Shown here piece after piece: positions 39,222-49,305 of a stretch of 64,000 bases of DNA. Position numbers and translations under genes: made by a program. This DNA is from Syntrophorhabdaceae bacterium. Its GTDB lineage: Bacteria > Desulfobacterota > Syntrophorhabdia > Syntrophorhabdales > Syntrophorhabdaceae. Numbering within the stretch: position 1 is the stretch's first letter; each line of letters opens with the position of its first letter. The notes under the pieces are model-generated. The model was not told the DNA's origin. It worked only from the letters and a program-made list of their open reading frames with translations, and did no database searches. The stretch lies in contig CAXXUO010000004.1 in assembly GCA_963666485.2 (NCBI GenBank), forward strand, positions 32,001 through 96,000, written 5' to 3'.

Positions 39222-40163
39222 CTATTTCTTGTTATCATCAATGCGCAGGTGGGTGTAGCCGCCCTGAACGCCGAATTTCTTGTAATACTCAACCGCTGCC
39301 TGCGCTATGCCCGGCAATCCTGTAAATGTTATTTCGCCGAAATCTTCAAACGTCCGCGAAGGGTCGAGAAGGATTGACGGAGCGTCGTCGGGCCCGAGGT
39401 CGCGCACCTCCGGATCGGGGTACTCTGCAAGATTCATCGCTGACACAACGGAATCGTACAATTCCCTGATCGACACGTCCGTGCCCGACGAGAAATGGTA
39501 TGTTCCCTTGCCGATGCCGTCACACGCCCGTACAACGTGCACGGCGAGGTCTTTGACAAAAACGAAATCGCGCCTGGATTTTGTAACAAAGCACCGCTTG
39601 CCTTCGGACAGCCTCTGGTAGAATATGGGCAGAGGGCCGCTCACATTGCGGGGCCCGATAATATTGGCAAGCCGGAATGTGACAAAATCGACGCCGGAGA
39701 TCTCGATGAGGTCTTCAGCGGCCGTCTTCGTTATGGCATAACTCGAGTTTGCGGGAAACTTCGGATGATCGAGCCGTATGGGCTGCTGGAGCGGCTTGAC
39801 CCCGTAACATAACGATGTCTGGAAGTAGATGATCCGGCGAACGCCGAATGTTTTTACCGACTGCAAAAGGTTCGCGGCCCCCACGACATTCGTCAGGGAA
39901 TCATTGTACCAGTCATCCGGGTCCTTGTACGATGCCGCGGTATGAACGATGACCTCAGGCCTGAAGCCCTTCACAAGACTGTCGACCACACCTTTGTCTG
40001 CGATCGTGTCGATCACCACTTCGAGGTTCTTGTGGCCGGTCAGGTGTTCCCGCCTTCCGGTCGCCAGGTTGTCGATCACCAGGACCTTGTCTCCCCGTGC
40101 AAGGAGAAGCTCCACCACATGGGAGCCTACCTGCCCGCATCCTCCTGTCACAAAAACATTCAT
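39222..40163 (-). CDS. wbmH: SDR nucleotide-sugar oxidoreductase, WbmH-like
   Basis: HTAASYKDPDDWYND, GPRNVSGPLPIF and GPDDAPSILLDPSRT match WbmH as recalled. Confidence 0.85.
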   Translation of the reverse strand: MNVFVTGGCGQVGSHVVELLLARGDKVLVIDNLATGRREHLTGHKNLEVVIDTIADKGVVDSLVKGFRPEVIVHTAASYKDPDDWYNDSLTNVVGAANLLQSVKTFGVRRIIYFQTSLCYGVKPLQQPIRLDHPKFPANSSYAITKTAAEDLIEISGVDFVTFRLANIIGPRNVSGPLPIFYQRLSEGKRCFVTKSRRDFVFVKDLAVHVVRACDGIGKGTYHFSSGTDVSIRELYDSVVSAMNLAEYPDPEVRDLGPDDAPSILLDPSRTFEDFGEITFTGLPGIAQAAVEYYKKFGVQGGYTHLRIDDNKK

Positions 40164-42085
40164 GCTGTCATATCTCCTTTTATAAGATCTCTATAATGAA
40201 CCTGCCTGTCATGGAATTCCTGGTGCCACAGTTCCAGGGAAAGCAATCCCCAGAGCTTCCGTCCGAAGCTTCCCTCGTTTGTCAGGTTCTTCATTATCTC
40301 ATCGTGGTTAAAGTATGGGCGGTCTTTCGCCCGGGGTGTGTCAAATATGGCGACAATAAAATCCTTAAGCTCTGTCCTGGCCCACTCCGTCAGCGGGACG
40401 GGAAACCCCATCTTGTCCTTCCTGTCCGCTATCATATCGGGGATCTCCTGCCTCAAGGCCCTGACGAGCGCCATCTTGAGCATCCCGTCCTTGAACTTCA
40501 CATCAGCCGGCATCGTTGCCGCAAACTCGACAAGATTGTGGTCGAGGAACGGGACCCGCGACTCGAGCCCGTGTGCCATGCTCATGCGGTCCTCCACCTG
40601 CAAAAGGGCGGGCAGAAGGGACTTGAAATCGAAATGTGTCATACGGTCGAAATACGACTCTTTGCTGATATTTTGCTGATTGAAGACCTGGCTGAACGTT
40701 TCGAATGGTGAATAATCGCCGAGCACGTCCCACCGGACCTCCTTATCAAGGGTCGGCGCGCGATTGATAAGCCGGAAATAACGCCGGTCCATCTCTTCGA
40801 AAAGCCCTTCCCGCCAGAACTCCTGCAGCATCGGCTTATAATTCTTCAGGGCCACCAGGTTCGGGATGATAGACTCATAGGTTACGACGAAATTCCCGTT
40901 ATGCGTCGTCCCGTCGATCGCCGCCTTTATGCACTGTTCGAAATAGGCGACGAGGTAGCGCGTGTAGCCGCCGAATATTTCATCGCCGCCCTGTCCGCCG
41001 AGCACGACCTTGCGATGCTGCGCCGCGAGTCCCGACACGATATACTGCGGAAACGACCCGGGGCCCGCTGCCGGGTAATCGAGATGATATATGACCTTCT
41101 TGATGGAATCCATAAAATCCGCGCTCGTGATGGACGCCTCGTAGAGGGTCATCCCCCGCATGTCCGCCACCGCCCGGGCATATGCGCTCTCGTCATACAA
41201 TTCGCCCAGGTCGAATTTCCCCGTGAATGCCTTAAAATCGGCGTCGGCGTTATAGCGCGCGGCCATCGATGCCACGATGCTTGAATCGGTCCCGCCGCTC
41301 ACATACGCGCCGACCGGGACATCGCTCCGTATATGGACCCTCACGGCATCATCGAGGAGCGCTCTCAGCCTGTCCTCGAAATACCTCTGGGTATGATCGA
41401 AATCCAGGTCATAGTAAACCTCCCAGTAGCGGTGTATCTTCAGTGAACCGTTGTCCAGGGAAAGGTAATATGCCGGTTTTAACTCATTCACTCCCTTGAA
41501 GAGGGTCTTTCCGTCCAGGCAGAACTGGAAAGCAAAATAATCCTTCAACGCGTCAAGATCGGTTTCGACGGAAGGCATGAAGGGAAGCAGGGCCTTCACT
41601 TCCGATGCGAAATAGAAGGTGTCGTTCATGACGGCATAATAGAACGGCTTGATCCCGAACCTGTCCCGGGCGCAGAATAACCGGCGGCGGCGGTCATCCC
41701 AGATCGCAAAACTGAACATGCCTCTTAGATGGTTGACGCAATCGTCACCCCATTTCTCGTATGCCGCAAGGATGACCTCGGTATCGGACGTGGTCTTGAA
41801 GCTGTAGCCGGCCTTCAGCTCGCCGCGCAGCTCAATGTAATTGTAAATCTCGCCATTATAGCTGATCACGTTGCCCGCTTCATTTGCCATCGGCTGCGCG
41901 CCGGTCTTCAAGTCGATGATGCTCAGGCGGCGGTGTCCGAAGCCGGCGTGCATACCCGGATGGACCCAGGTACCCTCTCCGTCAGGCCCGCGGTGTGCCT
42001 GCAGCGTATTCATGACGTCAAGGTGCGGCCCCATATTCCTTATGGGGTTGCCCTTCATTGAAACGATCCCTGAGATCCCGCACAT
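40160..42085 (-). CDS. asnB: Glutamine-dependent amidotransferase, asparagine synthase family (WbmI-like sugar amidase)
   Basis: Motifs MCGISG, HRGPDG, HRRLSIID, NGEIYNY, SGGTDSS, GQGGDEIFGGY and SRVPFLDH. Confidence 0.92.
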   Translation of the reverse strand: MCGISGIVSMKGNPIRNMGPHLDVMNTLQAHRGPDGEGTWVHPGMHAGFGHRRLSIIDLKTGAQPMANEAGNVISYNGEIYNYIELRGELKAGYSFKTTSDTEVILAAYEKWGDDCVNHLRGMFSFAIWDDRRRRLFCARDRFGIKPFYYAVMNDTFYFASEVKALLPFMPSVETDLDALKDYFAFQFCLDGKTLFKGVNELKPAYYLSLDNGSLKIHRYWEVYYDLDFDHTQRYFEDRLRALLDDAVRVHIRSDVPVGAYVSGGTDSSIVASMAARYNADADFKAFTGKFDLGELYDESAYARAVADMRGMTLYEASITSADFMDSIKKVIYHLDYPAAGPGSFPQYIVSGLAAQHRKVVLGGQGGDEIFGGYTRYLVAYFEQCIKAAIDGTTHNGNFVVTYESIIPNLVALKNYKPMLQEFWREGLFEEMDRRYFRLINRAPTLDKEVRWDVLGDYSPFETFSQVFNQQNISKESYFDRMTHFDFKSLLPALLQVEDRMSMAHGLESRVPFLDHNLVEFAATMPADVKFKDGMLKMALVRALRQEIPDMIADRKDKMGFPVPLTEWARTELKDFIVAIFDTPRAKDRPYFNHDEIMKNLTNEGSFGRKLWGLLSLELWHQEFHDRQVHYRDLIKGDMTA

Positions 42086-42095
42086 GTATCCCTCT

Positions 42096-43022
42096 TTACG
42101 CTTTCCTGCGAAGTTCGTAGACCGCGTCGATCCCGGCCACCTGGCCGTTATGGAGAGGCCTCCCGAATGCGTCGAACGAGAGGCCCGTCAAAAACTCCCG
42201 GTGCTCCGCTGGCAGTCTCATATCCGTAACGGCATCGTATCTCTGCCCGAGCAGCTTCATCTCGTCCATGGACACTGCGACGCCGAGCAGACGGGCGTCA
42301 AACCCGTTCTCCCCGGCATACTCGATGAAGTGAGATGCCTTGTAACACCGGGAAACCGGGCAATTCCTGGTATCTGTTGTTCTTCTGAAAGCCTCTTCCA
42401 GGCTGAGGTCTTTATACACGCCTTTTTTCACTCTCAAAACATATCCGCAATGCAGGTGCAGCCATATCGAATCGTAATTATATATCATAACTCTCATGCG
42501 TCCGTCAGGCTTGAGAACCCTTTTCAGTTCCGCCAGCACACGGGAAAGGTCCTCTACGTGATGCAAGACGCCCGAGGAATGGATATAATCGAAATAATGG
42601 TCCGGGAACGGCAAAGATGGGTCAGCGTCATCGATGAGGACCAACCGCGTGTCTGATGCACCGTGCAGAGCTATCCTTCGTCTGCCTTCTTCGAGCGATG
42701 TGGCGGACATGTCCGCCCCGGTTATTTCCGCGCCCGGGGAATTCTCTATGAACCCCACCACATCGTGGCACGGCCCGCACCCGTAATCCAGGATCTTAAG
42801 GCCCGCGAATCCCGAGGTCGGCATGAGCTGATCATAAAACAGGTACTGTGCATTGCGCCAATTCAAGTATTCCAGGGATTCTGCGCGGGAAGCAAATTCC
42901 TTGTGCAGCGTCACGTTGTATTTCGTCCAGAATTCCCGGTTGCCGAATTTTGCCGGCGCATAGGCAATATGCTTGAGGATGGGCAATGACTTGATAATAT
43001 CTTTGATGGTCCTCAGGGACAT
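42096..43022 (-). CDS. Class I SAM-dependent methyltransferase
   Basis: Motifs ILDYGCGP, LPFPDHYFD, SSGVLHH and RVLKPDG. Start MSLRTIK at 43022. Confidence 0.88.
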   Translation of the reverse strand: MSLRTIKDIIKSLPILKHIAYAPAKFGNREFWTKYNVTLHKEFASRAESLEYLNWRNAQYLFYDQLMPTSGFAGLKILDYGCGPCHDVVGFIENSPGAEITGADMSATSLEEGRRRIALHGASDTRLVLIDDADPSLPFPDHYFDYIHSSGVLHHVEDLSRVLAELKRVLKPDGRMRVMIYNYDSIWLHLHCGYVLRVKKGVYKDLSLEEAFRRTTDTRNCPVSRCYKASHFIEYAGENGFDARLLGVAVSMDEMKLLGQRYDAVTDMRLPAEHREFLTGLSFDAFGRPLHNGQVAGIDAVYELRRKA

Positions 43023-43023
43023 T

Positions 43024-44328
43024 TCAGTTTGATGTCCTTGCAGATGGTCTGCGCAGCCCGTATTGCCGCACAAGTATGTACTTGTCGAACAGTCCGAGAC
43101 GTCTTAAGATGTCGTGAACGAAATACTTGAACCGGTACGGCAAAAGGTAAAGTTGCGACCTCTTTTCGCGCAGAACAAGCCTGTTGAGCAGCCTGTCATG
43201 TCCGCGTTCGGTCCTGGCCCCGGACGACTCTCCCTCAGAACACTTCCCGACCACCATCTCTGCAAAGCGCCTGTACGTATACAGGCCCGATCCGATGACA
43301 TCTCTGTGCGCGTTTTCAGCGATCCGCCTGCACAGGTCGTGGTCGGCAACCTGCTTCACAACATCGTCCAGGTTGCTCCAGTCCTTCTTGATCTCGATGT
43401 AATGGACACCCGGTTTAAATATGCCGGCGTATTCCCCTTCGATGAGCACCTGGCACGTCCTGGTGATGCAGCACTCGAAATGCCTTGGCGACACGGCGAA
43501 CAGCTTGAGGTTTCCGTCCATACCCGGAAAGCATACCTTCTCTACCTCTTCATATGAAGCATCGGGATCCCGGTCCACGTGTGCGTCGACGCATGTCCGT
43601 ACCGTACCGTCAAAATCGAGCAGGCTCGAACCCCCTTCGCATCCCAGCACTGCCCTGCAGCGGCATAGAAATTTGTACCAATCATCCCCGAAAAGGACAT
43701 CTTTTGTCATATCGGTCGAGACGTCGAGTTTGAGTTCCCCGCCTTTACAGGCATCTGCGAATTTCTCCGCGATCTCCCACTTCAGGCAGCCATGCCTCCC
43801 GAGGTAATACGGCACCTTGCGCGCGCGATAACCGACATCGATGTCCCTGTAACCGTCAACGTATTGTGAAATGCGCTCCAGGGAATTCTCGTCCACATAA
43901 CCCGTGAGGACCGTCACAAAATTCTTTACACCCGACAATCTGCGCGGATAGACCTTTTCCCATTCGGACTCGGGAAGGCAGGTAAAGACGGTCTCTACAG
44001 AATATTCCCTGAAAAAGGTGCACAAGAGGTCGGTATTCAGATATTCATCCTGCGGAATGGCCGCCTTATGCCCGGAAATGTTTTTGAGCTCTGCCCATTT
44101 GACAAGTTGTCTCTGAAACTTCGCCCTGAAATTCCGGCAAACACAAACCGTGTAATGGTAAATGACAATATCAAATGGGATCCTGTCAATGTATCCCGGA
44201 ACGCCGGCTGCAGCGTTCAAGTAGTAGCAGTCATGACCGGAATACCGCTGAAAGCAATAAAGGTGCTCATCTATCGTATTCCTGATATTGCTGTTGCTTT
44301 CCTGGTAATATACGATCAGGATCCTCAA
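43024..44328 (-). CDS. Uncharacterised glycosyltransferase-like protein, paralog of 35932-37212
   Basis: Motifs PQDEY, VLTGYVDE, RDIDVGYR, DDWYKFL, GCEGGSS, SPRHFEC and HYIEIKKDWSN. Confidence 0.7.
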   Translation of the reverse strand: MRILIVYYQESNSNIRNTIDEHLYCFQRYSGHDCYYLNAAAGVPGYIDRIPFDIVIYHYTVCVCRNFRAKFQRQLVKWAELKNISGHKAAIPQDEYLNTDLLCTFFREYSVETVFTCLPESEWEKVYPRRLSGVKNFVTVLTGYVDENSLERISQYVDGYRDIDVGYRARKVPYYLGRHGCLKWEIAEKFADACKGGELKLDVSTDMTKDVLFGDDWYKFLCRCRAVLGCEGGSSLLDFDGTVRTCVDAHVDRDPDASYEEVEKVCFPGMDGNLKLFAVSPRHFECCITRTCQVLIEGEYAGIFKPGVHYIEIKKDWSNLDDVVKQVADHDLCRRIAENAHRDVIGSGLYTYRRFAEMVVGKCSEGESSGARTERGHDRLLNRLVLREKRSQLYLLPYRFKYFVHDILRRLGLFDKYILVRQYGLRRPSARTSN

Positions 44329-46196
44329 CGCTTCCCCAGTTTCAGTTTCTGCACCTTATGAAAGATCCTGAGCATCAGGTGGTACACCCCGGCCGCCAGA
44401 CGATGGACAAAGGGAAACGGCACCAATGCTAAAGAAGTTTTGAGTGCCACCGAGCGGACCAGTTTTCTCACGCGTATGCTCATAGATTCGGGCAAGCGTT
44501 CGATGATCTCGGCCGGAAGCGGCAGTGCCGAAAAGATCGATGAAATACCGTTCCAGCGAGCGGTAGGGTAGCAATTGATCTTGATCACTTCGTTTGAATC
44601 CGCGGAGTACATGCCGATAGCCGCAGTAAGCAGGACGGTCTGCGACCTGCTGACGACACGATCTCTCAAATAAACGTCGAAATTCTGGATCGGGTCCGAA
44701 ACGTCTTCAGGGTATACAAGTCTCAGGGTTTTATCGGTCACTTTTTTAACAACAGCGTGTATGCCCATCGATTCGACCGAATCTCTGTATACATCGACAT
44801 CACCATCTTCATCCTGCACAAAGAGTATCTTATATCCCCCGAAATCGGGCAGTGCCCGGGAAAATGACTGAGACAAACCTGCAGTGAGGGGGAGCCTGAT
44901 CGTATGATGAATTATCATAACGTCAAAGGCAGTGATATTTATGTTGCATTTCGCGTTATTGGCCGCATGCGTGTAGAAGACCGCCGACCGGGTGAAACTC
45001 AACAAGGTACTGAGACTGTCATAGATGGTACCGAGATTTGTCGCGTACGCGTCATACAGAACGAGGACCTTCGGCGGGTTCCGTTCGGGCCGGGAGCCGA
45101 TAAGACGATCGATATGGCCCAGCAACTCGTTAAACCGTATGTCATAGTCCTGCCCGGAAGCGACCTTCAAACGATCTTGAATGGCAGCCCTGTCAAACCT
45201 GGCCGGGCCCAGTCGCGAAATGGTCTCCGCAAATTCCCGGGCCGTCCTCGCAAATTCAAAGCATTCCGGATACGATTCGAGGGCCTTGATCGGCACACTT
45301 ACGACCGGTAAACCGCACGCAGCATATTCGAAGGCCTTCAGGGGTAAAGATATATTGATGAGATCGATCTGCTTGAAAGGAATGACCCCCAGGGTGGCCT
45401 GGTGACAGATCTCGCGAAGCCTGTCAGGTTCCAGGTAACCCATGACCTTGATGTTTTTCGACCTAAGCGATTGTACATCTCTCACAGAATCGGGGGCAAC
45501 GCTTCCACAGAGCCAAAATTCCCAGTCCGGCAATTCCCGGCCGATGCCGTCAATGAGTTGCCAATCGAGCCGCCAGTTGAGTCCGCCCTGATATATCATG
45601 ATCTTTCTTTTGCCATCGGGCAAAGGAAGTTCGTCAGGTCCGGGAGCCCAATAATCATAATCGCAACCATTTGGTAAAAGCACGGCTTCGCCCTTATAAC
45701 GGTCTTCCCGGACATACGAATTCAGGACCTCCGGGGAAACGGCCACCAGGAGGTCAACACACTTCAGCAACTCGGTCAGGTCCTTAAGTGAATAGGCTTT
45801 CTGAGGAAAATCTTCCGAATAATGGTCTTCCGTCGCGTGGTAGATAAGCAGCGGGGAATGGCGTTGTATTATAAAAGGGAGAAAATGAGGGTTGTACACC
45901 CACAACAGCGGGCTTAAGAAGCCGTTTTTCAGTATGGCTTGATTGATGAATTTGCTCTGCTGTTCACCGTGCCTGGAGTAGACATGCACCACAAAGACAT
46001 TGTCGATCTCGGTCTTCTCGATCGTGAACCGCGGCTCGTTCAGATCAGCCTGAACGAACAGCACCGGCAACCACCTCGCGAAGCGCGATGCATAATGATA
46101 CCTGTTGCTTCGGGGCTCCGTTTTCCAATCGGAAGCCGTAAGCATTACCACGCAGTCAAAATGCTGTGCCAGTATGTCAGGGTTACCCGAGATCAT
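44325..46196 (-). CDS. GT-B glycosyltransferase with C-terminal partial copy of the 43024/35932 domain
   Basis: N-terminal GT (YHATED, LPNGCDY, LPLKAFEYAACGLPVVS), followed by KVLVLYD...FDVMIIHH...KILFVQDE. Confidence 0.8.
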   Translation of the reverse strand: MISGNPDILAQHFDCVVMLTASDWKTEPRSNRYHYASRFARWLPVLFVQADLNEPRFTIEKTEIDNVFVVHVYSRHGEQQSKFINQAILKNGFLSPLLWVYNPHFLPFIIQRHSPLLIYHATEDHYSEDFPQKAYSLKDLTELLKCVDLLVAVSPEVLNSYVREDRYKGEAVLLPNGCDYDYWAPGPDELPLPDGKRKIMIYQGGLNWRLDWQLIDGIGRELPDWEFWLCGSVAPDSVRDVQSLRSKNIKVMGYLEPDRLREICHQATLGVIPFKQIDLINISLPLKAFEYAACGLPVVSVPIKALESYPECFEFARTAREFAETISRLGPARFDRAAIQDRLKVASGQDYDIRFNELLGHIDRLIGSRPERNPPKVLVLYDAYATNLGTIYDSLSTLLSFTRSAVFYTHAANNAKCNINITAFDVMIIHHTIRLPLTAGLSQSFSRALPDFGGYKILFVQDEDGDVDVYRDSVESMGIHAVVKKVTDKTLRLVYPEDVSDPIQNFDVYLRDRVVSRSQTVLLTAAIGMYSADSNEVIKINCYPTARWNGISSIFSALPLPAEIIERLPESMSIRVRKLVRSVALKTSLALVPFPFVHRLAAGVYHLMLRIFHKVQKLKLGKR

Positions 46197-48123
46197 ATGC
46201 CTTCATCCATAACGAAAGGTTCAGCCACCGCCAGGAAGCAAAATCGGCTGCCGCAGACGTTCGCGACCTCGCAAAATATTCTGCCGCTTTCTCAGGTTGA
46301 ATGTAGCGGCGCACCCGTTCATCCTGTATGGCTTTTTCAATGACGGGGCCGAGCATCTCGTTTTGCCATTTTCGTTCAGGGGTCGCAAAACCTAATTTAC
46401 CGACGCGCCACCGTACCTTTTCAGGCAATACACCGGCCATAGCGTCCCGTAAAACACGTTTCGTATAGCCGTCGCGCAGCTTGAACCGCGACGGCAGGCC
46501 GAGTATAAATTCAACGAGCCTGTGATCAAGGAACGGCACGCGTGATTCCACTGAAAACGCCATTGAATTACGGTCCTCGTACCTCAGCAATGCCTGGAGA
46601 TTATTTATGAATGTCATCTGGTACAGTTTATTCTCAAGATGTTCTTTTACCCCGAAGGGCTTTAACCTCATCGTTTCGCCGTACATTGAACCCTGCGCAC
46701 ACGCCCGGGCAAATTCAACGTCCAGCCAATCCGGTACGGTCCCGTTGCCATTCGCCCTGCCCCGCGCGACCGAAAGGGCGCCACGGCATTGTTCCATGAG
46801 TACCTTCGCCCATGGCTTCCGGTGGACCGAAGCGTACCGGCGTGTTTCTTTCAGCAAGCCGCAGTACTGACGTTTTGCCCTTAGTTGATGGAAGTATGCG
46901 GAATATAGACCGACATATCCCGCCAGCATCTCGTCTGCGCCCTGCCCGTCGAGCATGACCTTGATATCGTTTTCCTTGACGAGCTTGAAAACGGACCATT
47001 GAGCAAAAATACTCGTCGACCCGAATGGCTCCTCCTGGTGAAAGACGATGCGGTCAAGATCTTTAACGAGGTCCTCCCCTGAGGGATAGGTGAAGTGAGA
47101 TCGGGCCCCTGTTTCCCGGATGACCTCCTGCATGTATTCAAGCTCGTTCGCCTCTTCATCTTCGAAATGAGAACTGAAGGTATGCTGGGCCCGTTCCGGG
47201 CTGCCCGTTTTCATGTGGTCACGTATCAGGCACACAATCGAAGAACTGTCGAGCCCGCCGGAGAGGCAGCTGCCGACCTCCACATCCGCCCGTAATTGCA
47301 GGCGCACGCTGTCGGAAAGGAGTCTCCGGAACTCTTCGGATGCCTCCGGCAATGTGATCTGCACATTTTTCTCAAACCCTGGATGATAATAGCGTGATCC
47401 CCGGATCGAACCATCTCTTAGATCAAGGACCAGGTTAGATCCCTGCATCAACCTCCTGATCGAGGCAAAGAACGTTTCTTCCGCGTGATCGACCGCACCG
47501 AAGGCGAGATAATCATATACCACATCGTCGTTAATCCGGCGCGGCACAAAAGCGAAGTGCAGCAATTGTTTTATCTCCGAGCCGAAAACGAACTGTGAAC
47601 CATTATAGAAATAATGAAATGGCTTGACCCCGAACCTGTCCCGGGAACAAAAAAGCTTCGCATTCTTGAGATCTGCCAGGGCAAACGACCAGATCCCGTT
47701 GAAGTGATGAACACATTCCTCTCCCCAGCGCTCGTATGCCGCAAGGATCACCTCGGTATCCGACGTTGTCCGAAAATCATATTCGGACGCCAGTTCATTT
47801 CTCAATTCGATGTAATTATATATTTCGCCGTTATAGGTGATCCACGAACCGCCTGTTTGGCTTGCCATAGGCTGGGCCGCATTGGGCGACAGGTCTATGA
47901 CTGCCAGCCTGCGATGCCCGAGGGCCAGTGTTACATTCTCCTCGGTCTGTATCGGTCCTTCGTGGGCAAAAGAGACCAACCGGGCTTCCGGGGGATCCAA
48001 CCGGAAACATGCGTAACCGAACCCGTCCGGACCCCGGTATGATACTGAGTCGTTGATATCGTGGAACCGGACCCTTTCAAGATCAATTCCCCCCCTATCG
48101 AAAAACCCTGTAATGCCGCACAT
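46183..48123 (-). CDS. asnB: Second asparagine-synthase-family amidotransferase
   Basis: Motifs MCGITG, RGPDG, HRRLAVID, LSGGLDSS, DGQGADE and DRNSMAFSVESRVPFLDH. Confidence 0.92.
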   Translation of the reverse strand: MCGITGFFDRGGIDLERVRFHDINDSVSYRGPDGFGYACFRLDPPEARLVSFAHEGPIQTEENVTLALGHRRLAVIDLSPNAAQPMASQTGGSWITYNGEIYNYIELRNELASEYDFRTTSDTEVILAAYERWGEECVHHFNGIWSFALADLKNAKLFCSRDRFGVKPFHYFYNGSQFVFGSEIKQLLHFAFVPRRINDDVVYDYLAFGAVDHAEETFFASIRRLMQGSNLVLDLRDGSIRGSRYYHPGFEKNVQITLPEASEEFRRLLSDSVRLQLRADVEVGSCLSGGLDSSSIVCLIRDHMKTGSPERAQHTFSSHFEDEEANELEYMQEVIRETGARSHFTYPSGEDLVKDLDRIVFHQEEPFGSTSIFAQWSVFKLVKENDIKVMLDGQGADEMLAGYVGLYSAYFHQLRAKRQYCGLLKETRRYASVHRKPWAKVLMEQCRGALSVARGRANGNGTVPDWLDVEFARACAQGSMYGETMRLKPFGVKEHLENKLYQMTFINNLQALLRYEDRNSMAFSVESRVPFLDHRLVEFILGLPSRFKLRDGYTKRVLRDAMAGVLPEKVRWRVGKLGFATPERKWQNEMLGPVIEKAIQDERVRRYIQPEKAAEYFARSRTSAAADFASWRWLNLSLWMKAYDLG

Positions 48124-48131
48124 GATACTAC

Positions 48132-49298
48132 CTACCGGGCCCGTTCCCGTCTATTTGTGTGTTTCACGTTCCAGGCCGATTCGTAATCCCCTTTCAACTT
48201 CGAGGCGATCTTCATGGGGTCGTGCCATTTCTCCACGTATTGCCTCGAGCGCGCACCAATTTCAGAAAGATCGACTGCCCCCGGGGTCAAAACACTTTTC
48301 AGCGTCCTGTATATGTCAGACGCTGTGGTCCTGATGATCGGCATTTCCTCTCTCATCCTCGCAGGGATAAATTTAAGGTCTTCGTCCCGTACATATGCCA
48401 CGACAGGTTTGCCCAGGGCCATAAATTCCGTTGCCACGCCACCATACCATCCAACGAGAAGCTGGTCCACGAGGAGATCCGAGTTCTCATAAGCCTTCTT
48501 CGCCTCGGAATGGGACATGTTCTCGATGAGGACAAAATCAAATTCAACATTCTCGTTCTTAAGCCTGTTCACCGCCTCCTCGATAAAACGGGTCCCTTTT
48601 ACCTTCCGGTGCGTCGGCGCGTGGGCTATGACGGGTTTCTTTCGCGGGGCACCCGAAGTTTTCCACTGACTCAGATCGACGCTGGCGTACGGCACAAACT
48701 CCGCCTTCTCCGGCAATACGTAAAGCAGGTCCGGGTTCAACGCGTATATCCTGTCCGCATACCTGTCGAACCGGGAAATGGCAGTCCTCTTTATCGAGTC
48801 ACCCATCGGCGTGTAGTATCCGTCTTCAACCTCCCCGATATGCGATATCGCAAAGTGTTCCCTGCAATAATCACCCTGCCTCGCGTCGTCCCCCTGGTAC
48901 GTGACCGCCATGACCTTGCCCAGCCTCGACATCATAGCCAGATCTCTGAACTCGACAAGAGAAACATATCTCTCGTATATCGAATGGAGAAACGACCCGC
49001 CGTATGCCCCCGCCTCAAGCAGCGCTTCCGTTCTATACGGTAATATAGGCATCCCCGAATTGAAGTGAATAACATCATAGTGCCTCATGGCCCGATATGC
49101 CAGCTTCAATCGCCTGATCTCCGTTACGGGGCCCGGTGTCGTGCTGTCCCAGAGAACTTCGTCAGACGCGTAATCCAGGTAGTTCTTCGTAAAAGTAACG
49201 CACGTGCTTTCGAGCCCCAACGCACGTTCCGCCCTGACAAGGTTCTGCGGATTTCCGCCGACATCGGTGGGACAGTGGAGAACGCGAAGCTGCCTCAC
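48132..49298 (-). CDS. GT-B glycosyltransferase
   Basis: Motifs VLHCPTDVGG, HAPTHRKVKGT and DQLLVGWYGGVATEFMALGKPV. Confidence 0.8.
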   Translation of the reverse strand: MRQLRVLHCPTDVGGNPQNLVRAERALGLESTCVTFTKNYLDYASDEVLWDSTTPGPVTEIRRLKLAYRAMRHYDVIHFNSGMPILPYRTEALLEAGAYGGSFLHSIYERYVSLVEFRDLAMMSRLGKVMAVTYQGDDARQGDYCREHFAISHIGEVEDGYYTPMGDSIKRTAISRFDRYADRIYALNPDLLYVLPEKAEFVPYASVDLSQWKTSGAPRKKPVIAHAPTHRKVKGTRFIEEAVNRLKNENVEFDFVLIENMSHSEAKKAYENSDLLVDQLLVGWYGGVATEFMALGKPVVAYVRDEDLKFIPARMREEMPIIRTTASDIYRTLKSVLTPGAVDLSEIGARSRQYVEKWHDPMKIASKLKGDYESAWNVKHTNRRERAR

Positions 49299-49305
49299 GA
49301 CGACG

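Noticed and set aside
40160..48123. asnB genes as asparagine biosynthesis or lasso-peptide cyclases
   Set aside because: Both have intact N-terminal Cys glutaminase domains and sit among sugar genes. No precursor peptide or B protein was seen, so sugar amidation is the parsimonious role.
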